A stretch of DNA of 64,000 bases from Lama guanicoe (lineage: Eukaryota). The stretch covers positions 2,111,892-2,175,891 of the forward strand of contig MU054049.1 of the NCBI GenBank assembly GCA_013239625.1, written 5' to 3'. Made by a program: the position numbers and the translations under genes. Position 1 is the first letter of the stretch, and every line of letters starts with the position of its first letter. This document shows positions 1 to 11,930 of the stretch, in pieces. The notes beneath the pieces are model-generated. The model was not told the DNA's origin. It did no database searches and saw only the letters and a list, made by a program, of their open reading frames with translations.

Positions 1-514
1 GACAGAAATATTATGTTGTACTGTTAGGACTGATCACTTCTGGATACCTTGGGGATAGAGGAAAAATCTAAAATGGTTCCTAGATTTCTGGCTTGAGTGA
101 CTAGATTAGTGGTGATACTCTTTACCAAGATAGGACTGTAGGATAAGAAGGAAGTTTGTAGGAAAGATGATTGGTTTTGGATATGTGGGATTTCAGGTGT
201 CTGTCTAGTATCCAAATTTCAGATGCCTATAGAAATCGTGTCTGTAGAATGGAGATGTAGGTTGTTAATCAAACTACAATTTAAAAAAAACTGCTCCTTT
301 GAACATAATTGTTATGAAAATTGTAGTGACTTCATCTCATATCCTTTGGCAAAAAAAAAAAAGTAAAAGTGTATCATCTGTTTTCTTCTTGATTCTTGCA
401 CTTCCCTAATGTTCAGCTTCTGTTTCCCAAGCCATACAGATATTTTCCTCCTACTCTGAGGCTTTACCTATTCTGAAATACAGTGAAAAATTTACCTACC
501 TTTAGGGATTACTT

Positions 515-2980
515 CCCAACTTACCTTATGAGGCCAATGTCACACTGATGTCAAACCAGACAGACAGATAAAGAAAACTAGATCAGTAGCTCTATGGATT
601 AAAAAAAAAACTTCAAAAAATATTAACAAACCAAATTTCACAACATATATAAAGGATTATAAACCATGTACAAATAGATTTATCCCAGTAATGCAAGATT
701 GTTTCAACATACTAAAAAATCAGTCAGTATAATACACTGTATTAATAGAATTAGAGATAAAACCCACATTATCATCTCAATAGACAATGGAAAGAAAAAC
801 ATGTGACAAAACTCAACACCATGATAAAAAAAAACCAGCTAAACAAAAAAGGAATAGAAGGGAACATTCTTAATCTGATTAATATTGTCTATGAAAACCC
901 CACAGCTAAAATCATACCTTATGGTGAAAGACTGAATGTTTTTCTCTACAATCAGGAAAAAGACAATAGTGTTTGCTTTTAACCACTTTTATTCAGCCTT
1001 GTGTTGGAGATTCTAGGCAGGGCAATTAGGTAAGAAAAGAAAATAAAGAGCATCTAGATTGGAGAAGAAGAAGTAAAAATTTGTATTTGCAGATGACATG
1101 ATCTTATATGTCGAAAATCCTAAGGAAATGACTAAAAAATCTAAAACTAGTGAAGTTCAGCAAGGATTTAGTGTACAAGATCAATATATTAAAATCAATT
1201 GTATTTATAAACACTAGGAATAAACAATCTTATAATGAAACTAAGAACAATTTATAGTAGCATCAGAAAGAACAAAATTCTTAGGAATTTTTTAAAATGC
1301 AAAACATGTAATCTGAAAATTATAAAACATTATTCAAAGCAATTAAAGAAGTTATAACTAAAAAATATATCCCATGTTGATGGATTAGAAACATAATATT
1401 GTTAAGATGGTAATACTCTCCAAATTAAACTGCAGACTCACCACAGTCCTTATCAAAATCCCAAGTGGTGTTTTTTCAAAACAGACAAGCTGATCCTATG
1501 ATCCATATGGAAATTCAAAGGACCCAGAATAGCCAACAATCTTGGAAGAGAAGAACAAATTAGAGGACTCACACTTCCCGATCTCAAAACTTAACTACAA
1601 AGCTACAAAGCCAGTGTGCTACTGGCATAAGGATAGACATGTATATCAATCGAACAGATTCAAGGGACCAGAAGTAAACCCTCACATTTTTGGTCAATTG
1701 GTTTTCAACAAGGGTGTCAAGTTAATTCAATGGAGATAGAACAGTCTTTCTAATAAATGATGTGAGACAACTGGTTATTGCAAAAGAATAAAGCTAGACC
1801 CCTATTTCACAATGTCCACAAAAATAAATTCAAAATAGAGTATAGACCTAAATGTAAGGGCTAAAATTGTACAATTCTTACCAATAGATACACAAGTTAA
1901 TCTTTATTACCTTGAATTAGGCAAAGCTTTTAAAGTATGGCTTCAAAAGCATAAGCAACGAAAGAAAAATAGTCAAAGTCGTCTTCATTAAAATTAAAAA
2001 CTATTGTGCTTCAGAGGGCACCATCAAGAAAGTTAAAAGGCAATCTACAAAGTTGGAGAAAATATTTGCAAATCATGTATCTATGAAAAGGCTTGTATTA
2101 AACCATTAAAAACTCAGTGGACAAAGGATCTGAATGGACTTTCTTAATAGACATTTTTTGTAAAGAAGGTATACAAATGACTAATAAGTACATTAAAAAG
2201 GTGCTCAATATCATTAGTCATCAGAGAACAGCAAATCACAACCATAATGAGACACTAATTCACACTCGCTAGGATGGCTTTAATCAAAAAAACAAAATGC
2301 ATTGGCAAGGGTGTGAAGAAATCTGAACCCTTGTTCGTTGTTGGTAGGAGTGTAAACTGGTTCAAAACATTTTTGAAAACTGGTAGTCCCACGTTGCTAA
2401 ACATGGGGTTACCACATAAACTAGCAGTTCCACTCCTAGATACATATGGAAGAGAAAGGAAAACATACGTCTACACACAAAGTTGTAATCGAACGTTCTT
2501 ATAGCATTATTCATAATAGCCAAAAATTGGGAACAACCCAGAATGCCCATCAACTGATGACTGGGTAAATAAATAACCTGTGGTATATTCATACAGTGGA
2601 ATATTACTCAGCAATAAAGAAGAATGAAATACTGATTCATCCTAGAAAGTGGATGAACTTCGAATACATTGTGCTAAATGAAAGAAGCCAGTCACAAAAG
2701 ATTACATATTGTATTATTCTGCTTGTGTGAATTGTCCAGAATAGGCAAAATTGTAGAGTCAGGAAGTAGATTAGTGATTGCCTCAGTCTGAGAAAGAAAG
2801 GGAGAATTTAGGAGTATGTCTAAAGAATATGAGATTCCTTTTTTGAATTGATGAAATTGTTCTAAAAATGGTTGTGATGATTGTACAATTTTGTGAACAT
2901 ATTAATACCCAGTAAATTTTACACTATAAATGGGTGAATTTTATGGTGTGTAAATCATATCTCAGTAAAATATTAAAAAG
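515..2980 (+). mobile_element. Old 5'-truncated LINE-1 (L1MB-like) ORF2 remnant + 3' UTR
   Basis: Degenerate RT/C-terminal ORF2 peptides (ORFs 1542, 2274); 3' end aatgggtgaattttatggtgtgtaaatcatatctcagtaaa. Confidence 0.85.
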
Positions 2981-3711
2981 GTATACCTTCCTTTCCAGGA
3001 ATAATGTGTATCATTTGTCCTTTTAGTTTAAATTCAAGGCTCCCCAACCCCTTTGCAAAGTTCTCACTGATTAATGGCAATTTATCAATATGATTATTCC
3101 TTTTAGAGGAATAGAGATTGTGTCTAATGTCTGTTACAATCTCATCTCGATGCTATACTGATAGATGACTTCTGGGAACCTAAATGCTCATTGATTAACT
3201 AGTGAGTCCTACTTTTAAGAAATCTATTAAGATGATTGCTATTCCTCTTATTCAGTGTGATTCATATGTACAGTGGCTACAACATTATACTTTGTATGGA
3301 TTATGAAACATAATTTATGTGTTTTAAGAAAGGATATGCATAACTTTTTCATAGTCTTGCAAAACTACACCTGCATGGTGAGTTTATTGGTTTAAATATC
3401 ATTAACAACAAAACAAATATTTGTTGAGCATGTAGTATATCTAAGTAACTGTCCAGAGTTCTGGTGAGATACAGAAAAGTATCACAAATATACCTGTTCT
3501 TCATAATCTTAACAGTCTAATTGGGAGAGTGATTTCAGAGACAAATGTGAAAAGTTCAGGATTGGACATGGCAAGCGTTAAAATGGATTCTAGGCTGTTT
3601 GGAAGATTTATATGGGCCAGAGTTGTTCAGAAAATCTTTATGGGGAAAAGAGACTTTCAGATAGGCTTTTAAAAAAAATTATTCTTGTTTTTTAGGTACA
3701 AAGCTCAAAAC

Positions 3712-3813
3712 ATGAACAACGATATATGTTACCAATGTTCAAAGCTGATTTGGCTAGAACTGGAATACAGTTGCCTACAACATATTCCAGAGGAATTAGA
3801 AAAGTCAAAGTAA
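3712..3813 (+). other. 33-codon upstream ORF MNNDICYQCSKLIWLELEYSCLQHIPEELEKSK*, stop overlapping main ATG (TAATG)
   Basis: ATG 3712 (A at -3), no stop until TAA 3811-3813; translation not demonstrated. Confidence 0.55.
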
Positions 3814-3996
3814 TGGATAACAGAAAAGATCCTCCATTCTTCAATGAAGATAACGTGGGACCATTTTACTACAAACTTCCTTTCTATGATGCCATGGAGC
3901 TCTTCATTGAAACATTGACTGGCACATGTTTTGAGCTGAGAGTTTCACCCTTTGAAGCCGTTATTTCTGTGAAAGCAAAAATTCAAAGATTGGAAG
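3813..3996 (+). CDS. ZFAND4: ZFAND4 first coding exon (exon acceptor ttttag|G at 3696); MDNRKDPPFF...MELFIETLTGTCFELRVSPFEAVISVKAKIQRLE(G), start of UBL domain
   Basis: ATG 3813 with G at -3 and G at +4; ubiquitin-like TLTG/VKAKIQ motif; donor G|gtacta at 3997; 184 nt, phase 1. Confidence 0.93.
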
Positions 3997-4605
3997 GTAC
4001 TAGTCTTTCTTTGTTTTTGGAATATGAGGATTAAATTTGTTCATCATGAGTGTATAATAACTTTTTAGGTTTCCTTATGGAGAAATGTCAGTCATACATG
4101 GAATTAGAAGAATTAGAAAATGAACCCATAAAACCCCCCTACTCAGCTTCAACAGGTATCAGTTCACGAACTGTCTTACTTCGATTCCTGCACTTCCCCC
4201 ACCCTGCTCCCTTTCTACCAGATTCCTCTGAAGCAAATCTCTGGCATCATGTTAATGGTGTGGAATAATATTTTTGAAGTTTTTCAACAGATTATGATGA
4301 TGTGTGTATTCTGCCGTAACTATCTTACACTTACTTTTAATGGGAAATAATAATCAAATTCCCTTTTAGTGACCTTATTTGCTTTCTGCAGTGTTTTGTG
4401 AATCCTTTTCTTTTTTAAAGGAGATTTATTGAGAAGCGTTTTTGGCTCTCATTTACACAGATTTGAAGTTTCCTCAGTATAGCAGAGATACTGAATATTG
4501 TATAATACCTCTTTTGTGGTTTGTTTATTTGTGGAAAGTGTTATAAATTACTTTGTGTTAAAATTGGTCTTTTCTTTGTAATTGGCAGAGTTCTTTTTGG
4601 CGGGT

Positions 4606-4962
4606 GGGGTTTACAATACAAGCAGTATTTAATTTGAAACCAGCTCTGGGAAACATGCTGAGAGATGTGGGAAAAATACATGGTAGAGATCCCCTTCAGC
4701 TTTAGCCTAGCTGACCCGTATCTTCTACACATGGTGCATTCTGGAATCTGAATGTTTGTGGAAGATTTTCTTTATCTGAATATTTGGAAATATAGAGTTT
4801 TTGTGTTTGGGAGACAAGCCTATATTCTTATACTGAAAGGCCTTCACTTAAACTGGGTTTTACAACGCAAATTGCATTTGACTTAAAACCATCTCTAGGA
4901 AACATACTGAGAAATGTGGAAAAATTGTTGTTAGAGATTCCTTTTCACTTCAGGCTAGGTGA
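4606..4962. repeat. Degenerate ~110-bp direct repeat pair (4606-4714 and 4855-4962)
   Basis: gaaaccagctctgggaaacatgctgagagatgtggg vs aaaaccatctctaggaaacatactgagaaatgtgga, colinear over the whole unit. Confidence 0.8.
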
Positions 4963-5760
4963 AGGCAGAGTTCTGAAACAAGTGGTATTTGCCATTTATA
5001 GTTGTTAAAATCCAGTAAAGATTAGGAAATTAAATTGTTTGATATAAGACTAAATGGATCTTTGATATTTGAGCCAGCTGGAGCTTGCTTGTAATACAAA
5101 GGCACTGCCCTCTAGCTCAGTTTCAAGTTCAAAATTGCAGAAGAATGAGGAGGGTTGGAATTTTTTTTATCTTTGTAAAGTCAAGGATCCTGATATGAGC
5201 TTTTGAATATTTGCTATTCCTCCAGTAACTAACATCTGTTGAAGTTAGCGGCCATTCCACTGACCACATCAGTACATCCACTAATGGCATATGAAGCTTT
5301 CGTTCCCCCAAATGATTTGGTGAGATATGGAGTCGGAGAGTTTATTTTTACTTTGTTCTCCTTTCTCATTTATATGATGGTACAATGGTATCTTTTTAGG
5401 ATCAGGAAGATAAAAACAACAACAACAACTCCTTGTGTTCCAGATAATCTCTGCATTTTCCCCTTTCATGCATTTTGAATAATCTCCATGCAGCAAAAGC
5501 ACTCTAGAGAGCATCCTGTCTCTCATGTCAGAAGAGTAAATTTGGGCTTAAAGATGATTAGGGACTTGTCCAAGGGAAATATTTACTGACAGATTGGGAC
5601 CAGAGCCAAGATGTAGGCTTCTTGTTTTCTGTAGGAGGAGATGTTGTCAGGGTAAAAGCAGTGGCTTTGTAGTTATTAGACAGCTGAATCCTAGTTTAGA
5701 CACTTACAAAACAAATATTGCAATTGGGAAACTGAATGATGTAATATGTAAAATCTCTGT

Positions 5761-6097
5761 TGTCTTTGTCTGCTTGGGCTGTCATAAGAACATACTATAC
5801 ACAGGGAGGCTTAAACAACAGAAATTTATTTTCTCATGGTTCCAGAGGCTGAAAGTCTGAGATCAGGGTGCCAGCATGGTTAGGTTTTGGTGAGGCTTTC
5901 TTCCTGTCTTGTAGACAGGCACCTTCTAGCATGGAGCATCTCTTATAAGGGCACTGATCCCACCATAAGGGCCTCAACCCTCATGACCTCATCTAAACCT
6001 AATTATCTCCCAAAGGCGCCATCTCCAAGCACCATCACATTGGGGGTTAGGACTTCAAGATATACATTTTGGAGGCACGCAGTTCAGTCTGTGGCAC
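5761..6097 (-). mobile_element. MaLR solo LTR (MLT1A/B-like)
   Basis: ggcttaaacaacagaaatttattttctca...ctcatgacctcatctaaacctaattatctcccaaaggc...ggggttaggacttcaa. Confidence 0.8.
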
Positions 6098-7741
6098 GTA
6101 CCAGAAGTGGTCAATAGATACGAGTTCCTATCCCTGTTAGTCATCTTTACAGCCCTCACTCCCCCCATTCTTCCTTTCCTCCAATTCTCCATGCTTTCTT
6201 GTAACTTCTTGCGGCCCATGGGCAGTGACAGTCATTCTGTTCTATAGGAGGCTTCAAGAGGGCATCCTTCATGAAAAATGAACTTTAATCCTTTTCTAGG
6301 TGATCTTTCTGTTTCTACCCAGGAAGGCATTTGGGGATAACTTGGTGGGTGAGACTCTCCAAGACAGAGGGAAATGGATTACATAGATTAGGAAGGCAGA
6401 GGTGACACAGCTGAGTAATCCTTCAAGGAGATGGTTGCTCTGCCAGACTGCTTCTCCTTTTGAGCAGCTTTTGGTAAGTTGGAGATAGAAGGAGATAGGA
6501 GGGGAGGTGGAGGGGACTGTGGAGAAAGGCTTGAAGGAGTGTGCTGGTTTAGGAATGGTGAGACTGTAGGAAGAAAGGAGCGGTACCCACAGGGTGACTT
6601 TTAAGTGAGCCTTGAAGGGACAGGAGCACTGTTTTGTCTCTTCAGACTGTATTTTGTCTTGTCCTGTAGGATTACAATGACTTGTAATTTTTTGCTGAAA
6701 GCGTGGTGTGCCGTATCAGGTAATATTAACCATCTACCAGTCCTTTATATGGAGTACCTCGGCACAGTCCTGCAAGCACGAGGCCAAGTTTTGTGTCTGT
6801 CATGTTTGTGGTGTTCCTCCCCCCCCTTTTTTAACAGCACATAAAATAATTTATTAAACAAGCTGATATGCAGATAATTGCATCACTAAAAGTATGTTGT
6901 AGGAATATACAAAAAAAGTGTGAGGGTATAGTTTTCTGGTGAACTTCTAAACTGAGGATTATTATCAGGCAAAAGGGAAAATAGTAATTTGCTAATTAGC
7001 AATATATATTAGGACCTTTTTACCACCTTTAAATACAGTGCTTTATGTAATTTATGATATAGTGTGAATTTTTGTATTAATTGACGAGCAGTTGGACTGT
7101 GCTTAATGTTTGCTGTAGCTGTAAATGCCAGAGGCTTCAAATTCCTCTAGTTCCCTTGTTTTGTCTTTGCTGTTGTCTTTAGGTTTCCTTGAGAACTCCT
7201 CCTTCGAAAGAATCTGTATCCTGAATCTCTTTCGGTTTTAATTCAATGTTATTAAACTACAGTTGGTTAGTGTGGTGGTAAAGTATTAAGGGAGGGGGAA
7301 CCTTGCCTATTTTCTAATGATTAAATCTGTCTTTTAGTGGGCCCATGTCCCTGGGCTGTCACCTTCAAAGTGTTTCTTAGCTTCTCACATCTCCCCACCC
7401 CACAATGAGCTTAGGTGAGATAGGAAGTCTGGAAAGGTCTGGAATCTGTGAAATATCTTTCTCCCAGGTGGGATAAGGCTCTGATAAAGTGAGTTTGCCT
7501 TTATTATGGAGAATGCTCTGGGATTTTTCATAATGTTTGTGTTCCCCCTCCCTCTGCCTGAGCTACAAGGAAATCTTTCTTGATTCTTCAGAGAAAGAAC
7601 CTGATGGAGTTTCTAGAGATAAAACTGTCAAAAGAGTGGTAGCACCACTAAGACTGAGGCCCCCAGGAATTCCTCAGTCTCATGCTAGTCCATACTCAAC
7701 CTCCAGTAGTTCATGAAACTACCATTTAAGTGTTCCTTCCA

Positions 7742-7780
7742 ACCGGCTGGTTAGCTCAGTTGGTTAAGGCGTGGTGCTGA
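7742..7780 (+). pseudogene. Tailless retroposed 5' half of tRNA-Ile
   Basis: ggctggttagctcagttggttaaggcgtggtgctga(taa) flanked by 15-bp direct repeat taagtgttccttcca (7727-7741, 7781-7795). Confidence 0.85.
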
Positions 7781-8328
7781 TAAGTGTTCCTTCCAGTTTA
7801 TGTCTCTAGAGCTTCTGCTTCCAGTAAGTGGATCATGGCTGCCCCTATTTGGATTTTCCTATCCCTGTAGATTTAAGGGTGGTGGTTTGCCCTCCTACCT
7901 CATTTCTCTGATGGCTCCAAGAAAAGTTGTTCTTTTTCAGTTTATTCAGCTTTATTCTTGTTGTAAGGATAGGAGTGGCAACTTACATGCTCTTTACATG
8001 TTGTAACTGAAGCTGAAATTGTCAACTTTCTTTTTAATATAACCATTTATGACTTAAAGTTTCTTTCCAAGAACTGTATTAGCTATATCCTACAAGTTTT
8101 TTCTTAAGTTGAATTTTATTCTCAGTGTTTGTTTTGCCAAAAATATTTTATTTTATTGTTTAAGAATCGTAAGAGCAGCTCTGCAACCACAGTTATATAT
8201 AGGATTAGATAGATTTGATCACTTTTACAGTTTATTCTGATCAATAATATTGAACAAGATCTAGCATACTCCTTCACTCCATTTTTAATGAAGATATAAT
8301 TTACATATTGTGAAATTCACCATTTTTA

Positions 8329-8755
8329 GTGTTAGTTTTCTAGGGCTGCTATAACAAGGTACCACAAACTGAGTGGCATAAAGAACAGAAATGTATTATG
8401 TCACAATTTTAGAGGCTAAAATTCCAAGGTCAAGGTGTTGGCATTATTGGGTCCTTCTGAGAGCTCTTAGAGGAAATCTGTCCCGTCTAGCTTCTGGGAA
8501 TCTTTCTTGTTCCTTAGCTTGTAGAAACATCACTCCAATCTTCTTACATCATCCTGTGTATGTCTCTCTCTTTCTCCAAATTTCCCCTTTTTATAAGGAC
8601 ACTAGTCATGTTGGATTAGGGCCCTCCTTAATAAACTCATTTTAACTTGATTATATCTGTAAAGGCCCTATCTCCAAGTAAGGTCAGATGCTAAGGTACT
8701 AAGGGTTAGAACTTAAATATATGAACTCTTGGGAGACACAGTTCAACCCATAACT
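8329..8755 (-). mobile_element. MaLR solo LTR (MLT1C/D-like) interrupting an L1 3' end
   Basis: gggctgctataacaaggtaccacaaactgagtggc...ataaggacactagtcatgttggattagggcc...ttcaacccataac. Confidence 0.8.
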
Positions 8756-8759
8756 AGCA

Positions 8760-11700
8760 TATAGTTCTGTCGTTATTGACAAACATTACTGTCCCATAAC
8801 TACCACCACAATCAAGATACAGAACAGTTCCATTGTCCACAAAAATTCTCCTGTGCCCTTGTAGTCAATATCTTCCTGTAAGCCTGGCTCCTGGCATCCA
8901 CTAATCTGTCTCTGTCCTTATAATTTTACCTTTTCCAGAATTTCATGTAACTGTATGCAGCAGTGTTTGGCCTTTTGAGTCTGCTTTCTTTCTCTTATAC
9001 ATAATACATAACGCATTTGAGCTTTATTCATGTTGTTCCATATATCAGTACAAATAGTGCATTCTGTTTATGGCCAATTAGTGTTCCACTGTGTGGGTAT
9101 ACTACACTTACTCATTCCCAAATTGAGGGACACTTGGTTTGTTTTCAGTTTTTGGTGATTATGAGTAAAGTAATTTTAACTTTATAGTTTTTTATGGGTG
9201 CATAGGTTTTCATATCACTTGGGTAAATACCTAGGAGTGGAATTGCTGAGTTGTGTAGTGTTTATTTAATTTAATAAGAAACTGCCAAACTGTTTTCTAG
9301 TGTGGCTGTACCAGTTTGTATTTCTGTGAGTAATGTCTGAAGTTCTAGTTGCTTTGTATCATTAGAACGTGGTATTGTCTGGGTTGTTTTTGTTTCTTTT
9401 TTGCTATTCTACTAGATATTGGTGATATCTCATTATAGTTTTAATTTGTATCTCCTTACCTAATGATTTTTAGCATACTTTTATTTGCTTATTGATTATG
9501 TTTTGGTGAAACGTCTATTCAGTCTTTGGTGAAGTATCAATTTCAATCAGTATTCAATCAACATTAAAAAAATTAAGTTGTGGGTAAATCTAAATAAATG
9601 TTTACTTAATAAAACAATGAAGATTTGAAAAATTGAATTAAAAATCCTGGAAGCAATGACGTATAAGTCAGTTGTTTGTAATGAGAATGGTAAGGCTTCC
9701 AGCATTGTTCATGAGGAGGTTAAAGATGTGATTACCTTTAGACTTTATTTTATTAAATATGATAATTTAAATTTCTAAAGTAATCACTAGACATTAGAAA
9801 TAGAGTTGTATAATTTCCAAATGACAGAAGTGCCTAACCTTCTTCCATCTGTTTAAATACATAAAGGAAGCAGGTAGTTAGAACAATTGCAAAGCACAAA
9901 ATAAGGTAGTAAAAATGAATAGAAATGTCAGTAATCCCTAAAATGTAAAGTGGATAAAAGTCTCTAATTGAAAAACCACCATTGACAGAATGGTTTAAAA
10001 AAATTCATGTGAAATACTGTTTGTAAGAAACCTAATCTACAAATATAAGGACCCCAAAATGTTGAAAGCAAAAGAATTGAAAAGGTATACCAGGAAAATA
10101 CTAACCTGAAGAAAGCTGGTATTTCTGTATTGATAAAGTTACTTATAAAATACATTCTGTAGTGAAACATGTGAACAAGTCATGTAGAGGGATGTTCATA
10201 GTAGTCTTTTTGATAATGTCAAAAATCTTATAACAACTCAAATGACTACACTAGAATAGATAAATTGTGGTATATGTAAATATATGTGTCATACACTGGA
10301 GTCAAATTGTATGAAATAGTCTACAACAGGAAAAAGTAATGGAATAATAGCTTCATACATGACATGGATAAATTAAAAAATGGTGAATTAAAAAAAGCAA
10401 ATCATAGAGGAACACATATGCTATGATTCCACTTATATGAAGATCAGAAAGTGGCAAAGAAACAATGCCACGTATTGAAATAAAGCAATAACAAAAAGCA
10501 GAAGGATAATCCACACCAAATTTGGAATGATAATTACTCGGGGTGGAGGGAAGAGGATGCAGTTGGGAAGAAGCATGGAGGATTGTTTTTTTCTCCCATA
10601 TCCTTGTTAACACTTGGTATGGTCAGTCTTCTTTAGTCATTCTAATAGGCATTTAGTGATACCTCATTGTGGTTTTAATGTGCATTTCCCTAATGACTAG
10701 TTATATCGAGCATCTTCATGAACTTAATTTACTCCTTTAAAAAAATCTGTTTTTTAAATTTTCTTTGTTGAGTTCTAAGAATTCTTTATTCGGAGTACAG
10801 GTTTTTAGTCATATACACATTTTGCTGAGATTTTCTTCTATGCTGTGACTTGCCTGTTCATTCTCTTAACAATGTCTTTTGAAGACCATAAATGTTAATT
10901 TGCTGAAGTCCTATTTTTAAAATTTTTTATGGATGTGAATGTCATACTTAATAAATCTTTGTCTAGTCTGAGGTCACAAAAATTTCTGTATTTTCCTGTA
11001 AAGTTTCAATTATAATGATTTTTAAAATATTAAGCCAGCAATCCTAGAATTAACTTTACTTGATCATGTTGTGTTATCTTTTCAATATGTTGTTGAATTG
11101 TTTGCTGAAATTTTGTGTTAGAATTTCTGTCTTTGTTCGTGAAAGATACTGATTTTATCTTGTAATGTCTGGTTTTGGTGTCAGGGTAATACTGCCTCCA
11201 TTGAATGAACTAGGACTATTCCTTCCTTTCCAGCTTTTGGATAGAGAGTAGAATTAGTATTATATCCTCAAATGTGAAGCTTTTCTTTAATAAATATGGG
11301 GCTCTTCAGGGTATCTTTTTCTTCTTGAGTACACTTGAGTAGCCTGTGTCTTTCAAGGATTGTGTTTATCTGTTGTTGAATTTTATTGGCATAGAGTTTA
11401 TAATATTCCCTTATTCATTCAATATCTGTAGAATCTGTAGTGATGTCACCCCTCTCATTCCCAATACTGGTATTTTGCATATTATTAGAAAAAAAATCAG
11501 TCTTTATTAATTTTAATGAACTTCTTAAAGAATCAGATTTTGCTTTCATTGATTTTCTCTCTTGTTTTTTCTGTTTTCTACTTCATTGATTTCTATTTTG
11601 GTTTTGTAAATTATGTTTGGGCTTACTTTGGGTTTAATTTGCTCTTTTTCTAATTTCTTTTTTCCCCCATGGCCAATCTTGTTTAATCATACCCAATGAC

Positions 11701-11900
11701 TTTCCCCCTCCATATTATTTTGAAGTAAATTCCAGCTTATCATTTCATTCATAAATATTGCAATGTTTGTCTCTAAAAGATTAGATCTCTTTTCCTTAAA
11801 CATTACATTATTACACCTGAAAAAGTAAAATAATTCCTTAATAACATCAGATATCCTGTCAGCCATCAGGTTTTCAAATGTCTCATAAATGTAAGTTTTT
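8760..11900. mobile_element. Mosaic of old LINE-1 fragments (mostly minus strand, one plus-strand block ~9800-10580)
   Basis: L1M 3' UTR/ORF2 motifs such as gggtaaatacctaggagtggaattgctg and cattgtggttttaatgtgcatttccctaatgac. Confidence 0.65.
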
Positions 11901-11930
11901 TTTAGTTTTTCATTTTTTAATTTAACCATT

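Noticed and set aside
7745..7783. Functional tRNA gene
   Set aside because: Only the 5' half is present; no T arm/B box or acceptor 3' strand
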